Below are positions 51,698-61,093 of a stretch of DNA of 64,000 nt, in pieces (the stretch's first letter is position 1; the number at the start of each line of letters is the position of its first letter). A program made the position numbers and the translations under genes. The notes beneath the pieces are model-generated. The model worked only from the letters and a program-made list of their open reading frames with translations. It was not told where the DNA came from and searched no databases. Source of the stretch: Betaproteobacteria bacterium (lineage in GTDB: Bacteria; Pseudomonadota; Gammaproteobacteria; Burkholderiales; Burkholderiaceae_C); contig VGHB01000013.1 of the NCBI GenBank assembly GCA_016868355.1, positions 5,985 through 69,984 on the forward strand, given 5' to 3'.

Positions 51698-52669
51698 TCA
51701 GCCCCCGGCCAAGCGCCGATTGGGCTGAGCCAGATAGAACCATTCCTGGCGCGCCGCAGCAGCGGCGTTGGGGAACATGATGCGGCCCTGACTCGGGGCC
51801 CGCACCTCCTGACCGTCGCGGCGCACGCCGATCAGCTCACCGGCCTCGAAGGCATCAAAGCTCTGCCAATCGCGGGTAAAGCGGTCCTCGGCATGGTGCT
51901 TGTCCACCACCTCATGAAGGGTGAGGGTTTCAATCTCAGCCGCCGGCGCTGGCGGCTCTTCATCGGTCAGCCCAAAGTGCGCCAGGGTGCGCCGCACGGC
52001 CCGGTAGGCCACCTCGGGCGCATGAGGGTCGCGATGCTGACCACACTCCAGCGTCAACGCGCGCCCACCGATAGAGCGCATGTACTCGGTGGTCCCCACA
52101 CCGTAGTTGGGGTTGAGGTCCAGCCCTGCGGCCCGCTCGGCCGCTTCCTCGCGCCGGCGCGCCACACCGCGCACATAGGTGCCCAGCCAGCCATCCACCA
52201 CCCGGTCCACGCCCAAGACCTGTACCCAGGCCTCTTCGTCAGCGGCGTGGCGGTAGGGCTCGGTGCCGCCACGGTTGTTGCGCGGGCCCAGCATGGCAAA
52301 CGGCTTGCCCTGTGCATTGAAGGAATGCAAGTCCAACAAGACCTCGTGCTGTCCCATCAGCGGGCACAGCCAGTTGGCCACATGGTCCTCAAATTCGCGG
52401 GGCACCGCAGCTGGGCCCAAAGCGCGGTTGAGGTTGCGGTCTCCGTTTCGTGTGCCCTGTTTGAACGCCAGGCAATTGCTCACCGGCACCAAGGTCAATT
52501 GGCCCCTTGAAATCACCACCTCATCACGATCGAGTTCTTCGATCAGGCGGCGCAAGGCGTGCGTACCACAGACCTCATTGCCGTGAACGGCTGCCGTGAC
52601 CAAGAGCTTCACACCCGGTGCATAGCCGGTGTAGCTGAGAGACTTAAAAGGGTTCAGGGGCTGACTCAT
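51698..52669 (-). CDS. Succinylglutamate desuccinylase/aspartoacylase-family (M14-like zinc) hydrolase
   Basis: 323 aa. MSQPLNPFKSLSYTGYAPGVKLLVTAAVHGNEVCGTHALRRLIEEL carries the HxxE zinc block of the AstE/AspA family. Confidence 0.65.
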   Translation of the reverse strand: MSQPLNPFKSLSYTGYAPGVKLLVTAAVHGNEVCGTHALRRLIEELDRDEVVISRGQLTLVPVSNCLAFKQGTRNGDRNLNRALGPAAVPREFEDHVANWLCPLMGQHEVLLDLHSFNAQGKPFAMLGPRNNRGGTEPYRHAADEEAWVQVLGVDRVVDGWLGTYVRGVARRREEAAERAAGLDLNPNYGVGTTEYMRSIGGRALTLECGQHRDPHAPEVAYRAVRRTLAHFGLTDEEPPAPAAEIETLTLHEVVDKHHAEDRFTRDWQSFDAFEAGELIGVRRDGQEVRAPSQGRIMFPNAAAAARQEWFYLAQPNRRLAGG

Positions 52670-52737
52670 GGCGTGATTGTCGCGCTTACCGGCCGCCCAC
52701 CAAGTTTGGTGGGCGCTAGCCCCCTGGTTTCAACTGC

Positions 52738-52762
52738 TTGACTTCTAAACTATTTAGGTCAA
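52738..52762. promoter_or_regulatory. AT-rich partial palindrome TTGAC-N15-GTCAA (TTGACTTCTAAACTATTTAGGTCAA); candidate MarR operator / promoter of the aryl-CoA operon
   Basis: Read directly. It is the lowest-GC patch in this region and ends 10 nt before the ATG at 52773. No Shine-Dalgarno is visible, so a very short or absent leader is possible. A MarR gene is the second gene of the operon. Confidence 0.3.
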
Positions 52763-52772
52763 CAGTAGATGT

Positions 52773-55157
52773 ATGAATATCGTTTGCCTTGGTGGGGGGC
52801 CTTCGGGCCTGTACTTCGCATTACTCATGAAGAAGCGCAACCCAGGCCATCAGGTCATGGTGGTTGAGCGCAATCGTCCCTACGACACCTTTGGCTGGGG
52901 TGTGGTGTTCTCTGACCAAACCCTGGGCCGGCTGCACCAGGCCGACCCCTCCACCGCCAGCGAAATCCTACAGGCCTTCAACCACTGGGACGACATCGAG
53001 GTCAACATCCGGGGTGCGCGGGTGCGCTCTGGCGGTCATGGCTTCTGCGGCATTGGGCGCAAGCGCCTGCTCAACATCCTGCAAGCGCGTTGCGAAGCAT
53101 TGGGGGTGGAACTGCGCTTTGAAAGCGAGGCCCGCGACGAAGACTATCCCGACGCCGACCTGATCATCGCCAGCGACGGGCTGAACAGCCGCATCCGTCA
53201 AAAGTACGCAGCCACCTTCCAGCCCGACATCGACCTGCGGCAGTGCCGCTTCGTCTGGTTGGGCACCACACGCCGCTTTGAAGCCTTTACCTTTGACTTC
53301 CAAGAAACCGCCCACGGCTGGTTTCAGGCGCATGCCTACCGCTTCGACAATCACACCTCCACCTTCATCATCGAGGCCCCCGAAGCCGTATGGCAGGCTT
53401 CGGGCATGGCCGACATGGAAAAGGAAGAGTCCATTGCCTGGTGCGAGCGCCTGTTCGCCGACGTGCTGCAAGGCCACCCCCTGATGAGCAACGCCGCGCA
53501 TCTGCGCGGTTCGTCCCAGTGGATCCGATTCCCCCGTGTGGTGTGCCAACGCTGGGTGCACCACAACGGCCACGCGCCCGTGGTGCTCATGGGCGATTCG
53601 GCGCACACCGCTCATTTCTCCATCGGCTCGGGCACCAAGCTGGCTCTGGAGGACGCCATTGAGCTGGCGCAGCGCATCGACGAACACCCCGGCGATCTCC
53701 AGCAGGCGCTGCAGGTGTACGAACAAACCCGCTCGGTAGAGGTACTGCGCATTCAAAATGCGGCACGCAACAGCACCGAATGGTTCGAGAACGTGCAACG
53801 CTATGCGCACCTGCCCCCCGAGCAGTTCGCCTACACGCTGCTCACCCGCAGCCAGCGCATCAGCCACGAAAACCTGCGCCAGCGCGACAGCGGCTATCTT
53901 GAGGGTTATGAGCGCTGGTGGGAACAGCGTGCCCAGAGCCTGTTGGCTGAGCCCCTGCCACCGCAGCCCGGCGGCCAAACGCCCGCGCAGCGCCCCACGC
54001 CTCCCATGTTCACGCCCTTTCGGGTGCGCGATTGCACGCTGGCCAACCGGATCGTGGTGTCACCCATGGCCCAGTACATGGCCCGTGACGGGATGGTGGG
54101 CGACTGGCACTTGATGCACCTGGGCGCACGCGCTGTAGGCGGCGCGGGCCTGGTGATGGCAGAGATGACCTGCGTCAGTCCCGATGCCCGCATCACGCCC
54201 GGCTGCCCGGGCTTGTGGAACAACGAGCAGGCTCAGGCCTGGGCGCGCATCGTCGAGTTTGTGCACCAACACAGCTCGGCCAAGGTGGGGGTGCAGCTCG
54301 GCCACGCCGGCCCCAAGGGTTCTACCAATGTGCCCTGGGAAGGCCAGGGCATGGACACACCCTTGGCGCCCGACCACCCGCAGCGCAACTGGCCCTTGCT
54401 GGCCGCCAGTGCGCAGGCTTATGTGGCTGGTGTCAATGCCACGCCTCGCGCCATGTCGCGTGCGGACATGGACCAGGTTCTGCAAGCGTTTGTTGCTGCC
54501 ACCGAACGCGCAGCGGCTGCGGGTTTCGATTGGCTGGAGCTGCACTGTGCGCATGGCTACTTGCTGTCTTCCTTCATTTCCCCCTTGACCAATCACCGCA
54601 GCGACGCATACGGCGGTTCGCTGCACCAGCGACTGGCCTATCCACTTGAGGTGTTCGCCGCGGTGCGCCGGGCATGGCCCGAGCAGCGGCCCATCTCGGT
54701 TCGCATATCGGCGCACGACTGGGTAGAGGGCGGCATCACCCCTGACGATGCGGTTGAAATCGGCCGAGCCTTCAAGGCTGCGGGATCGGACATGATCGAT
54801 TGCTCATCGGGCCAGGTGAGTGCCGAGCAAAAGCCGGTGTACGGCCGCCTGTACCAAACCCCCTTTGCCGACCGCATCCGCAACGAAGCGGGCATTCCCA
54901 CCATAGCGGTGGGTGCCATCACCGACGCTGACCAGGTCAACGGCATCATCGCTGCCGGTCGCGCCGACCTGTGTGCGGTGGCCAGGCCCCATTTGGCGCA
55001 CCCGGCCTGGACGCTTCAGGAAGCAGCCCGCTGGGGCTACATGGCGGCGCCTTGGCCACAGCCCTATATCGCAGGCAAGCAGCAAATGGAGCGCCTGTTC
55101 GAACGCGAGCGCGCACAGGCACCAGTCGTCAAGCCCACGCCGGAGATGGACGTATGA
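52773..55157 (+). CDS. Bifunctional aryl-CoA monooxygenase/reductase: N-terminal FAD aromatic hydroxylase fused to a C-terminal Old-Yellow-Enzyme-type NADH:flavin oxidoreductase (2-aminobenzoyl-CoA monooxygenase/reductase or salicylyl-CoA 5-hydroxylase type)
   Basis: 794 aa. [19 protein letters not shown] (GxGxxG at residue 6), [15 protein letters not shown] and [25 protein letters not shown] in the hydroxylase half. [25 protein letters not shown] .. [11 protein letters not shown] .. [22 protein letters not shown] in the OYE half. Confidence 0.8.
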   Translation: MNIVCLGGGPSGLYFALLMKKRNPGHQVMVVERNRPYDTFGWGVVFSDQTLGRLHQADPSTASEILQAFNHWDDIEVNIRGARVRSGGHGFCGIGRKRLLNILQARCEALGVELRFESEARDEDYPDADLIIASDGLNSRIRQKYAATFQPDIDLRQCRFVWLGTTRRFEAFTFDFQETAHGWFQAHAYRFDNHTSTFIIEAPEAVWQASGMADMEKEESIAWCERLFADVLQGHPLMSNAAHLRGSSQWIRFPRVVCQRWVHHNGHAPVVLMGDSAHTAHFSIGSGTKLALEDAIELAQRIDEHPGDLQQALQVYEQTRSVEVLRIQNAARNSTEWFENVQRYAHLPPEQFAYTLLTRSQRISHENLRQRDSGYLEGYERWWEQRAQSLLAEPLPPQPGGQTPAQRPTPPMFTPFRVRDCTLANRIVVSPMAQYMARDGMVGDWHLMHLGARAVGGAGLVMAEMTCVSPDARITPGCPGLWNNEQAQAWARIVEFVHQHSSAKVGVQLGHAGPKGSTNVPWEGQGMDTPLAPDHPQRNWPLLAASAQAYVAGVNATPRAMSRADMDQVLQAFVAATERAAAAGFDWLELHCAHGYLLSSFISPLTNHRSDAYGGSLHQRLAYPLEVFAAVRRAWPEQRPISVRISAHDWVEGGITPDDAVEIGRAFKAAGSDMIDCSSGQVSAEQKPVYGRLYQTPFADRIRNEAGIPTIAVGAITDADQVNGIIAAGRADLCAVARPHLAHPAWTLQEAARWGYMAAPWPQPYIAGKQQMERLFERERAQAPVVKPTPEMDV

Positions 55158-55720
55158 GCCGCCTGGCCCGCTTGGAGTTGGGGCTGGAAGCCCGGGCCCA
55201 ACGGGAAGACCACCTGGACACGCGCATGTGGTTGCGGCTGTTGGCTTGCAGCGCCGACATCGAGCAAGCCATACGCCAGCGTTTACGGTTGCAGTTCGGC
55301 ACCACGCTTTCCCGCTTTGACTACCTGGCGCAATTGCAGCGCCACCCTAAGGGCTTGCGTATGAGCGAGCTGTCGGCCTGCCTGATGGTCACCGGAGGTA
55401 ACGTCACCGGGCTAACCGACCAACTCGTGCTCGAGGGCTGGGTGCAGCGCACCGAAGACATCCGCGACCGCCGCGTGTGGCGCGTGCGACTGACGGCCGA
55501 GGGCCGGCGCCGCTTCGAGCAAATGGCCACCGAACACGAGGGTTGGCTTCGGCAACTGTTCAAGCCCATGCAAAGCAGCGAGAAGAAGGCGTTGTTTGAG
55601 CTGCTGGGCCAACTGCGCGAGCACTTGCAAGCGCCACCCGATTCACCGGCCAAGCCTGCGCTTGCGTCCACAGCCGCTTGGCCCTTCAAGCGCGACCCAA
55701 ACCCCGGAGGCCGCACGTGA
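55154..55720 (+). CDS. MarR-family transcriptional regulator
   Basis: The ATG at 55154 overlaps the upstream stop (ATGA). [58 protein letters not shown], a winged-helix MarR pattern. Confidence 0.85.
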   Translation: MSRLARLELGLEARAQREDHLDTRMWLRLLACSADIEQAIRQRLRLQFGTTLSRFDYLAQLQRHPKGLRMSELSACLMVTGGNVTGLTDQLVLEGWVQRTEDIRDRRVWRVRLTAEGRRRFEQMATEHEGWLRQLFKPMQSSEKKALFELLGQLREHLQAPPDSPAKPALASTAAWPFKRDPNPGGRT

Positions 55721-56574
55721 GCACACCTCACCCCCTAGACCCCGCGCTCACGCGGGGCAATCGCCGGCCGTTGGCAGGCTATGAAGCCCAGCACTTCCTG
55801 TGGGCATGCCACGCAGGCGTGGCCACCATCACCCTGAACCGCCCTGAGCGCAAGAACCCGTTGACCTTTGACAGCTATGCCGAACTGCGCGATACGTTCC
55901 AGGCTCTGCGCTTGGCGCACGACGTGCAGGTGGTGGTGTTGCAAGGCTCGGGCGGCAACTTCTGCTCTGGTGGCGATGTGCACGAAATCATCGGCCCGCT
56001 GGTGCGGCTGCCGGCGCCGGAACTGTTGATGTTCACCCGCATGACCGGCGATGTGGTCAAGGCTATGCGCACCTGCCCTCAGCCCATCGTTGCGGCCATT
56101 GATGGGGTGTGTGCGGGCGCTGGCGCCATCTTGGCGATGGCGTCGGACCTGCGCCTAGGGACCGCCCGAAGCAAGACCGCCTTCCTGTTTAATCGGGTGG
56201 GACTGGCGGGCTGCGACATGGCCGCATGCGCCATCTTGCCGCGCCTGATCGGCCACGGACGCGCCAGCGAACTGCTGTACACCGGCCGGGTGATGGATGG
56301 ACAAGAGGCCGAGCGCTGGGGGTTTTTCAACCGCCTGTGCAGCCCCGAAGACTTGCATGCCCAAGCCTTGGGCTTGGCTCAGGAGCTTCGCGCCGGGCCC
56401 ACCTTTGCCAACGGCATCACCAAGACCATGCTGCACCAAGAGTGGTCGATGACGATTGAACAGGCCCTGGAAGCCGAAGCACAGGCGCAGGCCCTGTGCA
56501 TGCTCACCCAGGACTACACCCGGGCCTATGAGGCCTTCGTGCAGCGGCAAAAGCCGGTGTTCAAGGGGAACTGA
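55717..56574 (+). CDS. Enoyl-CoA hydratase/isomerase (crotonase) family protein
   Basis: The GTG at 55717 overlaps the MarR stop (GTGA). [17 protein letters not shown] .. [10 protein letters not shown] .. [24 protein letters not shown]. Confidence 0.85.
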   Translation: MSTPHPLDPALTRGNRRPLAGYEAQHFLWACHAGVATITLNRPERKNPLTFDSYAELRDTFQALRLAHDVQVVVLQGSGGNFCSGGDVHEIIGPLVRLPAPELLMFTRMTGDVVKAMRTCPQPIVAAIDGVCAGAGAILAMASDLRLGTARSKTAFLFNRVGLAGCDMAACAILPRLIGHGRASELLYTGRVMDGQEAERWGFFNRLCSPEDLHAQALGLAQELRAGPTFANGITKTMLHQEWSMTIEQALEAEAQAQALCMLTQDYTRAYEAFVQRQKPVFKGN

Positions 56575-56576
56575 GC

Positions 56577-57803
56577 GTGAACCGCACACAGGCTTTAAAC
56601 GGCGCTGCGCCGATCGGGCTGGCCCACTTGGCGTGGCCCTTCTTCGACCCTGCGCACCGCGAACTGGCGCAGCAATTGGCCCAGTGGACTGCACAGCAAC
56701 CGGCCCACGAAGACCATTTGGGCACCGATGAACAGTGCCGCACCTGGGTGCGCCGCTTGGGCCAAGCCGGTTGGCTGCGCCATGTGGTGGCCTTGGAGCC
56801 TGGCGGCGCAAGCAGCAGCACGGCACACACGCGTCTGGACACGCGCACCATCTGCCTGTTGCGCGAAACCTTGGCGCAACACGATGGATTGGCTGACTTT
56901 GCCCTGGCGATGCAAGGGCTGGGTTCGGGGGCGATTTCCCTGTACGGCACGCCAGAGCAGCGCCAGCAGTGGCTGCCCGACGTGGCCCTGGGCCAGTGCA
57001 TCACAGCCTTTGCACTGAGCGAATCGCAGGCAGGATCAGATGTGGCGGCCATGCAGTGTCGTGCTGAAGAAACACCGAACGAGGTGGTGCTCAACGGCGA
57101 GAAGACCTGGATCTCCAATGGTGGGATCGCGGACCTCTACGTCGTCTTTGCCCGCTCCAGGCCTATGAACGCCGCAGCGTCAGCCAAGGCTTCTTCGGGC
57201 ATCTCGGCCTACTTGGTGCCGGCCAATACGCCGGGGCTGCGCATTGCCGAGCGTATTCAGGTGATGGCCCCGCACCCCTTGGCGCGACTGCAGCTCGAAG
57301 ACTGCCGGCTGCCCATTGAAAACAGGCTGGGGCAAGGGGGCCAAGGTTTCAAGATTGCGATGCAAACGCTGGATGTGTTTCGTACCTCGGTGGCTGCGGC
57401 TGGGCTGGGCTTTGCGCGGCGCGCGCTGGCCGAAGGCCTGCAACGTGCCCGCAGCCGGGCCATGTTTGGTGCCACGCTGGCCCAGCAACCACTGGCCCAA
57501 GCCAAGCTCGCCGACATGGCGATGCAGGTCGATGCCGCGGCTTTGCTGACCTACCGGGCGGCGTGGATGCGTGACCAAGGCCAGTCGGTCACCATGGAAG
57601 CGGCCATGGCCAAGCTCACAGCCACTGAAAACGCCCAACGCGTGATCGACTCCGCCGTACAGCTGTGGGGTGGCCTGGGTGTGGTCAGCGGGCAAACCGT
57701 TGAGCGCCTGTACCGCGAAATTCGTGCCCTTCGAATCTACGAGGGGGCCAGTGAAGTGCAACAACTCATCATCGGACGCGAGTTGTTGCGCGCGGCTTCA
57801 TGA
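56577..57803 (+). CDS. Acyl-CoA dehydrogenase
   Basis: 408 aa. [36 protein letters not shown], and C-terminal [26 protein letters not shown]. Confidence 0.85.
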   Translation: MNRTQALNGAAPIGLAHLAWPFFDPAHRELAQQLAQWTAQQPAHEDHLGTDEQCRTWVRRLGQAGWLRHVVALEPGGASSSTAHTRLDTRTICLLRETLAQHDGLADFALAMQGLGSGAISLYGTPEQRQQWLPDVALGQCITAFALSESQAGSDVAAMQCRAEETPNEVVLNGEKTWISNGGIADLYVVFARSRPMNAAASAKASSGISAYLVPANTPGLRIAERIQVMAPHPLARLQLEDCRLPIENRLGQGGQGFKIAMQTLDVFRTSVAAAGLGFARRALAEGLQRARSRAMFGATLAQQPLAQAKLADMAMQVDAAALLTYRAAWMRDQGQSVTMEAAMAKLTATENAQRVIDSAVQLWGGLGVVSGQTVERLYREIRALRIYEGASEVQQLIIGRELLRAAS

Positions 57804-57818
57804 ATCGAGGAGTTCTTC

Positions 57819-59453
57819 ATGTCCACTGCGCATCTGGACACCTTCACCGCTGATCACCTGCCCCCACCGCAGCAGTGGCCTGAATTGATCTTTGAGGGGC
57901 CTGAGTTACAAGCGCTGGCCGAGCGCGGCGTGTTGAACTGCGCATCGGAGCTGCTGGATACCGCGCTGCAAAAGGGCTGGGGTGAACGCAGCTGTGTCGT
58001 CAGCGACACCGAGCACTGGACCTACGCTGAGCTGGCGCAACGCAGCAACCGCGTGGCCCAGGTGCTGGTTCACGACATGGGGCTGGTACCCGGCAACCGC
58101 GTGCTGCTGCGCAGCCCGAACACACCCATGATGGCCGCCTGTTGGCTGGGCGTGGTCAAGGCCGGTGGCGTGGCGGTTCCCACCATGCCCTTGTTGCGCG
58201 CGCGCGAGTTGCGGGTGATTTTGGAAAAGGCGCAGATCAGCCATGCCTTGTGCGATGCCGCACTTGCCGACGAGTTGCACGCAGCGCAAGCGGGCAGCCC
58301 GCTGCGCGAGGTACGGTGGATCGCCGGGTCTGCTGCAGCCGGGCAGCCTGGCCAGGCCAGCCTTGAATCGGCCATGGAGCAGCACGGCCCGCACTTCGCT
58401 GCCGTGGCCACGGCCGCTACCGATACCGCCTTCTTGGCCTTCACCTCAGGCACCACGGGCGTGCCCAAAGCCACGATGCACTTCCACCGCGACGTCATCG
58501 CCGCATGCTTGTGCTGGCCGCGCCACACGCTGCGCGCGCAGGCTGATGATGTCTTCATCGGCAGTCCGCCCCTGGCCTTTACATTTGGGCTGGGCGGCCT
58601 GCTGCTGTTCCCGCTGCACATCGGGGCCAGCACCGTATTGCTGCCCCAGGCCTCACCACCGCTGCTGATTGAAGGCGTACGGCGGCATGGCGCCACGGTG
58701 ATCTTCACCTCACCCACCTCTTACCGCGCCATGGCCGCGCGCGGGCAGGAACTGCGGTCCAGCAGCCTGCGGCACTGTGTGTCGGCTGGTGAAGCGCTGC
58801 CGGCAGCCACTCGCGAGCAGTGGTCCAAAGCCACCGGATTGGGCTTGATTGATGGCATTGGGTCCACCGAACTGCTGCACATCTTCATATCAGCCCGCGC
58901 CGAGGAAGCCCTGCCGGGGGCCACCGGGCGCGAGGTGCCGGGCTACCGCGCGCGGGTGGTCGACGAGCAGGGGCAGGAGTTGCCTGATGGCACGGTCGGG
59001 CGGCTGGCGGTACGCGGCCCAACGGGCTGTCGATACCTGGCCGATGAGCGGCAACTGCAGTACGTGCAAGCAGGTTGGAACCTCACGGGCGACGCCTATC
59101 GGCGCGACGAAGCTGGCCACTTCCACTACGTCTCGCGTACCGATGACATGATCGTTTCCTCGGGCTACAACATCGGCGCGCCCGAGGTGGAAGACGCCCT
59201 GATGTCACACCCGGCCGTGGCTGAGTGCGGCGTCATTGGTGTGGCCGACGAAGAGCGCGGTCAGATCGTCAAGGCCTATGTGGTCTTGCGCGAAGGCCAC
59301 CTGCCGTCAGACGACACCATCAAGACCTTGCAAGACCATGTCAAGGCGACGATTGCCCCCTACAAATATCCCAGGGCGGTTTCCTTTGTGCCCGCTTTGC
59401 CCCGCACCGAGACCGGCAAGCTGCAGCGCTTTCGGCTTCGCGGGACACCCTAG
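57819..59453 (+). CDS. Aryl-CoA ligase (AMP-binding; benzoate / 2-aminobenzoate-CoA ligase family)
   Basis: 544 aa. GAGGAG upstream of the ATG. AMP motif AFTSGTTGVPKATMH, followed by GDAYRRDEAGHFHYVSRTDDMIVSSGYNI and PRTETGKLQRFRLR. Confidence 0.85.
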   Translation: MSTAHLDTFTADHLPPPQQWPELIFEGPELQALAERGVLNCASELLDTALQKGWGERSCVVSDTEHWTYAELAQRSNRVAQVLVHDMGLVPGNRVLLRSPNTPMMAACWLGVVKAGGVAVPTMPLLRARELRVILEKAQISHALCDAALADELHAAQAGSPLREVRWIAGSAAAGQPGQASLESAMEQHGPHFAAVATAATDTAFLAFTSGTTGVPKATMHFHRDVIAACLCWPRHTLRAQADDVFIGSPPLAFTFGLGGLLLFPLHIGASTVLLPQASPPLLIEGVRRHGATVIFTSPTSYRAMAARGQELRSSSLRHCVSAGEALPAATREQWSKATGLGLIDGIGSTELLHIFISARAEEALPGATGREVPGYRARVVDEQGQELPDGTVGRLAVRGPTGCRYLADERQLQYVQAGWNLTGDAYRRDEAGHFHYVSRTDDMIVSSGYNIGAPEVEDALMSHPAVAECGVIGVADEERGQIVKAYVVLREGHLPSDDTIKTLQDHVKATIAPYKYPRAVSFVPALPRTETGKLQRFRLRGTP

Positions 59454-59503
59454 CGGGCCTGCACGGCCCACACCGACGACCCTTCACTTCGGGAACCCAG
59501 CCC

Positions 59504-59908
59504 ATGAGCCTGCAGACCTTACTTCCTCCTGGATGGCCGCGCCCCAAGGGCTATGCCAATGGCGTCACCGCACGTGGCCGCATGGTTTTCGTGGCGGGTA
59601 TGGTGGGCTGGGACGCCCAAGGGCACTTTCACAGCCGTGAATTGGTGCCGCAGGTTGAGCAGGCGCTGCGCAACATCGTGGCAGTGCTGCACGAAGGTGG
59701 CGCTCGGCCTGAACACATTGTGCGCATGACCTGGTACGTGCTGGACAAGAAGGCCTATATGCAGGCCTGGCCGCAGATCGGGCGCCTGTTTCGCGACATC
59801 ATCGGCAGCTACAACGCAGCGATGACGGCGGTGGAAGTCTCAGGCCTGATGGAAGAGCCTGCGCAGGTGGAAATCGAAGTCACAGCCTTGATATCGGACC
59901 CCGATTGA
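59504..59908 (+). CDS. RidA/YjgF-family enamine/imine deaminase
   Basis: The ATG at 59504 gives MSLQTLLPPGWPRPKGYANGVTARGRMVFVAGMVGWD .. VEVSGLMEEPAQVEIEVTA. About 134 aa, typical RidA size and pattern. Confidence 0.8.
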   Translation: MSLQTLLPPGWPRPKGYANGVTARGRMVFVAGMVGWDAQGHFHSRELVPQVEQALRNIVAVLHEGGARPEHIVRMTWYVLDKKAYMQAWPQIGRLFRDIIGSYNAAMTAVEVSGLMEEPAQVEIEVTALISDPD

Positions 59909-59957
59909 GTCGCCCACGGCGCGTGACTCCAAAGCCGGGCCGCGAGGGCTGCGGCGC

Positions 59958-60656
59958 TTACACCACCCGAACCTTCAACTCACCCAGGGCGTCGATGCCA
60001 CCGTGCATCAGTTGACCACGGGTGACCGCGCCCACCCCATCAGGCGTGCCGGTGTAGATCAAATCGCCTGGCGCCAATTCGAAAAAGCGGGACAGCGTGG
60101 ACACGATCTCGGGCACGCTCCAAATCAGATGGGTGATGTCGCTGTTCTGGCGGTTCTGTCCGTCCACCTTCAACCAAATACCGGCCTGCGACACATGCCC
60201 ACATTGCGACACCGGCACGATGGGCGCCACGGGCGCCGAGTGGTCAAACGCCTTGGAAATGTCCCAGGGCCGGCCCTTGTCTCGCATCGCGAACTGCAGG
60301 TCGCGCCGCGTCATGTCCAGTCCCACTGCATAGCCGGCCACCAGGCTCAAGGCCTGGTCTTCGGGCACATCACGGCCAGCCTTGCCAATAGCCACCACCA
60401 ACTCAATCTCATGGTGGAAGTTTTCAGTTTGGCTTGGGTAGGGCACCGCCGTTTCCTGCCCTGGTGGACACACCACCACGGCGTTGGCCGGCTTGCAGAA
60501 GAAAAAGGGTGGCTCGCGGTCTGGGTCAAAACCCATCTCCCGGGCGTGGGCTGCATAGTTACGGCCGACGCAGTACACCCGGCGAACCGGGAACAGGTCG
60601 TTGTGCCCGACCACGGGCACCCCGACGGGGGCTTCAGGAGGGAAGAGGTAGCTCAT
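59958..60656 (-). CDS. Fumarylacetoacetate hydrolase (FAH) family protein
   Basis: The ATG at 60656 gives MSYLFPPEAPVGVPVVGHNDLFPVRRVYCVGRNYAAHAREMG .. HHEIELVVAIGK .. GDLIYTGTPDGVG, which are FAH-fold blocks. Confidence 0.8.
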   Translation of the reverse strand: MSYLFPPEAPVGVPVVGHNDLFPVRRVYCVGRNYAAHAREMGFDPDREPPFFFCKPANAVVVCPPGQETAVPYPSQTENFHHEIELVVAIGKAGRDVPEDQALSLVAGYAVGLDMTRRDLQFAMRDKGRPWDISKAFDHSAPVAPIVPVSQCGHVSQAGIWLKVDGQNRQNSDITHLIWSVPEIVSTLSRFFELAPGDLIYTGTPDGVGAVTRGQLMHGGIDALGELKVRVV

Positions 60657-60746
60657 CAAATTGATTGTGGACCGCACCCAACACCCCTGGGGCATCGGTG
60701 TTTCCTTGAAAAGACAAGCACTTGCGATTTCTAAGACAATAGAGGG

Positions 60747-60983
60747 ATGGCTGCGAACAACCCCCCTGTAACCAAGCTGGCCGATAACGGGCTTCGCTAC
60801 AAGAGCAAAGCCCCAGGCTCACCCTTCGAAACCTCCTCTCCCTTCTCGTCCACCACCATGTCCTGTTTCCTGTGCGGCAAACATCGCCAGCGCAGCCAGC
60901 TCAAGACCAGGCGTCTGCTGGGCAAACCCCAGGCAGTGTGTGCGCCCACTTGCAAGGAATTGGAAGCGACGCTTAAGGGCTGA
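60747..60983 (+). CDS. Small hypothetical protein with a CxxC..CxxxC cysteine cluster (coding status uncertain)
   Basis: 78-aa ORF with ..MSCFLCGKHRQRSQLKTRRLLGKPQAVCAPTCKE.. AGAGGG lies immediately before the ATG, which is unusually short spacing. No family recognised. Confidence 0.3.
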   Translation: MAANNPPVTKLADNGLRYKSKAPGSPFETSSPFSSTTMSCFLCGKHRQRSQLKTRRLLGKPQAVCAPTCKELEATLKG

Positions 60984-61093
60984 TCAGCCCCAGTTGAGGT
61001 TATAAAGATAAGGGTTTACCCTTAACTTTACCCCATCGATGCGCTTGGAGGCCCGGTTGCACTCGGGCACGACCACGCGCGGCCTTCAAGGTA

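Noticed and set aside
987-52669. Whether the cell-wall block is a horizontally acquired genomic island.
   Set aside because: The window shows no flanking tRNA gene, integrase, transposase or direct repeats. By eye, the base composition and codon style are uniform with the neighbouring aryl-CoA genes. A proper GC-skew or k-mer analysis and comparison with relatives would be needed.
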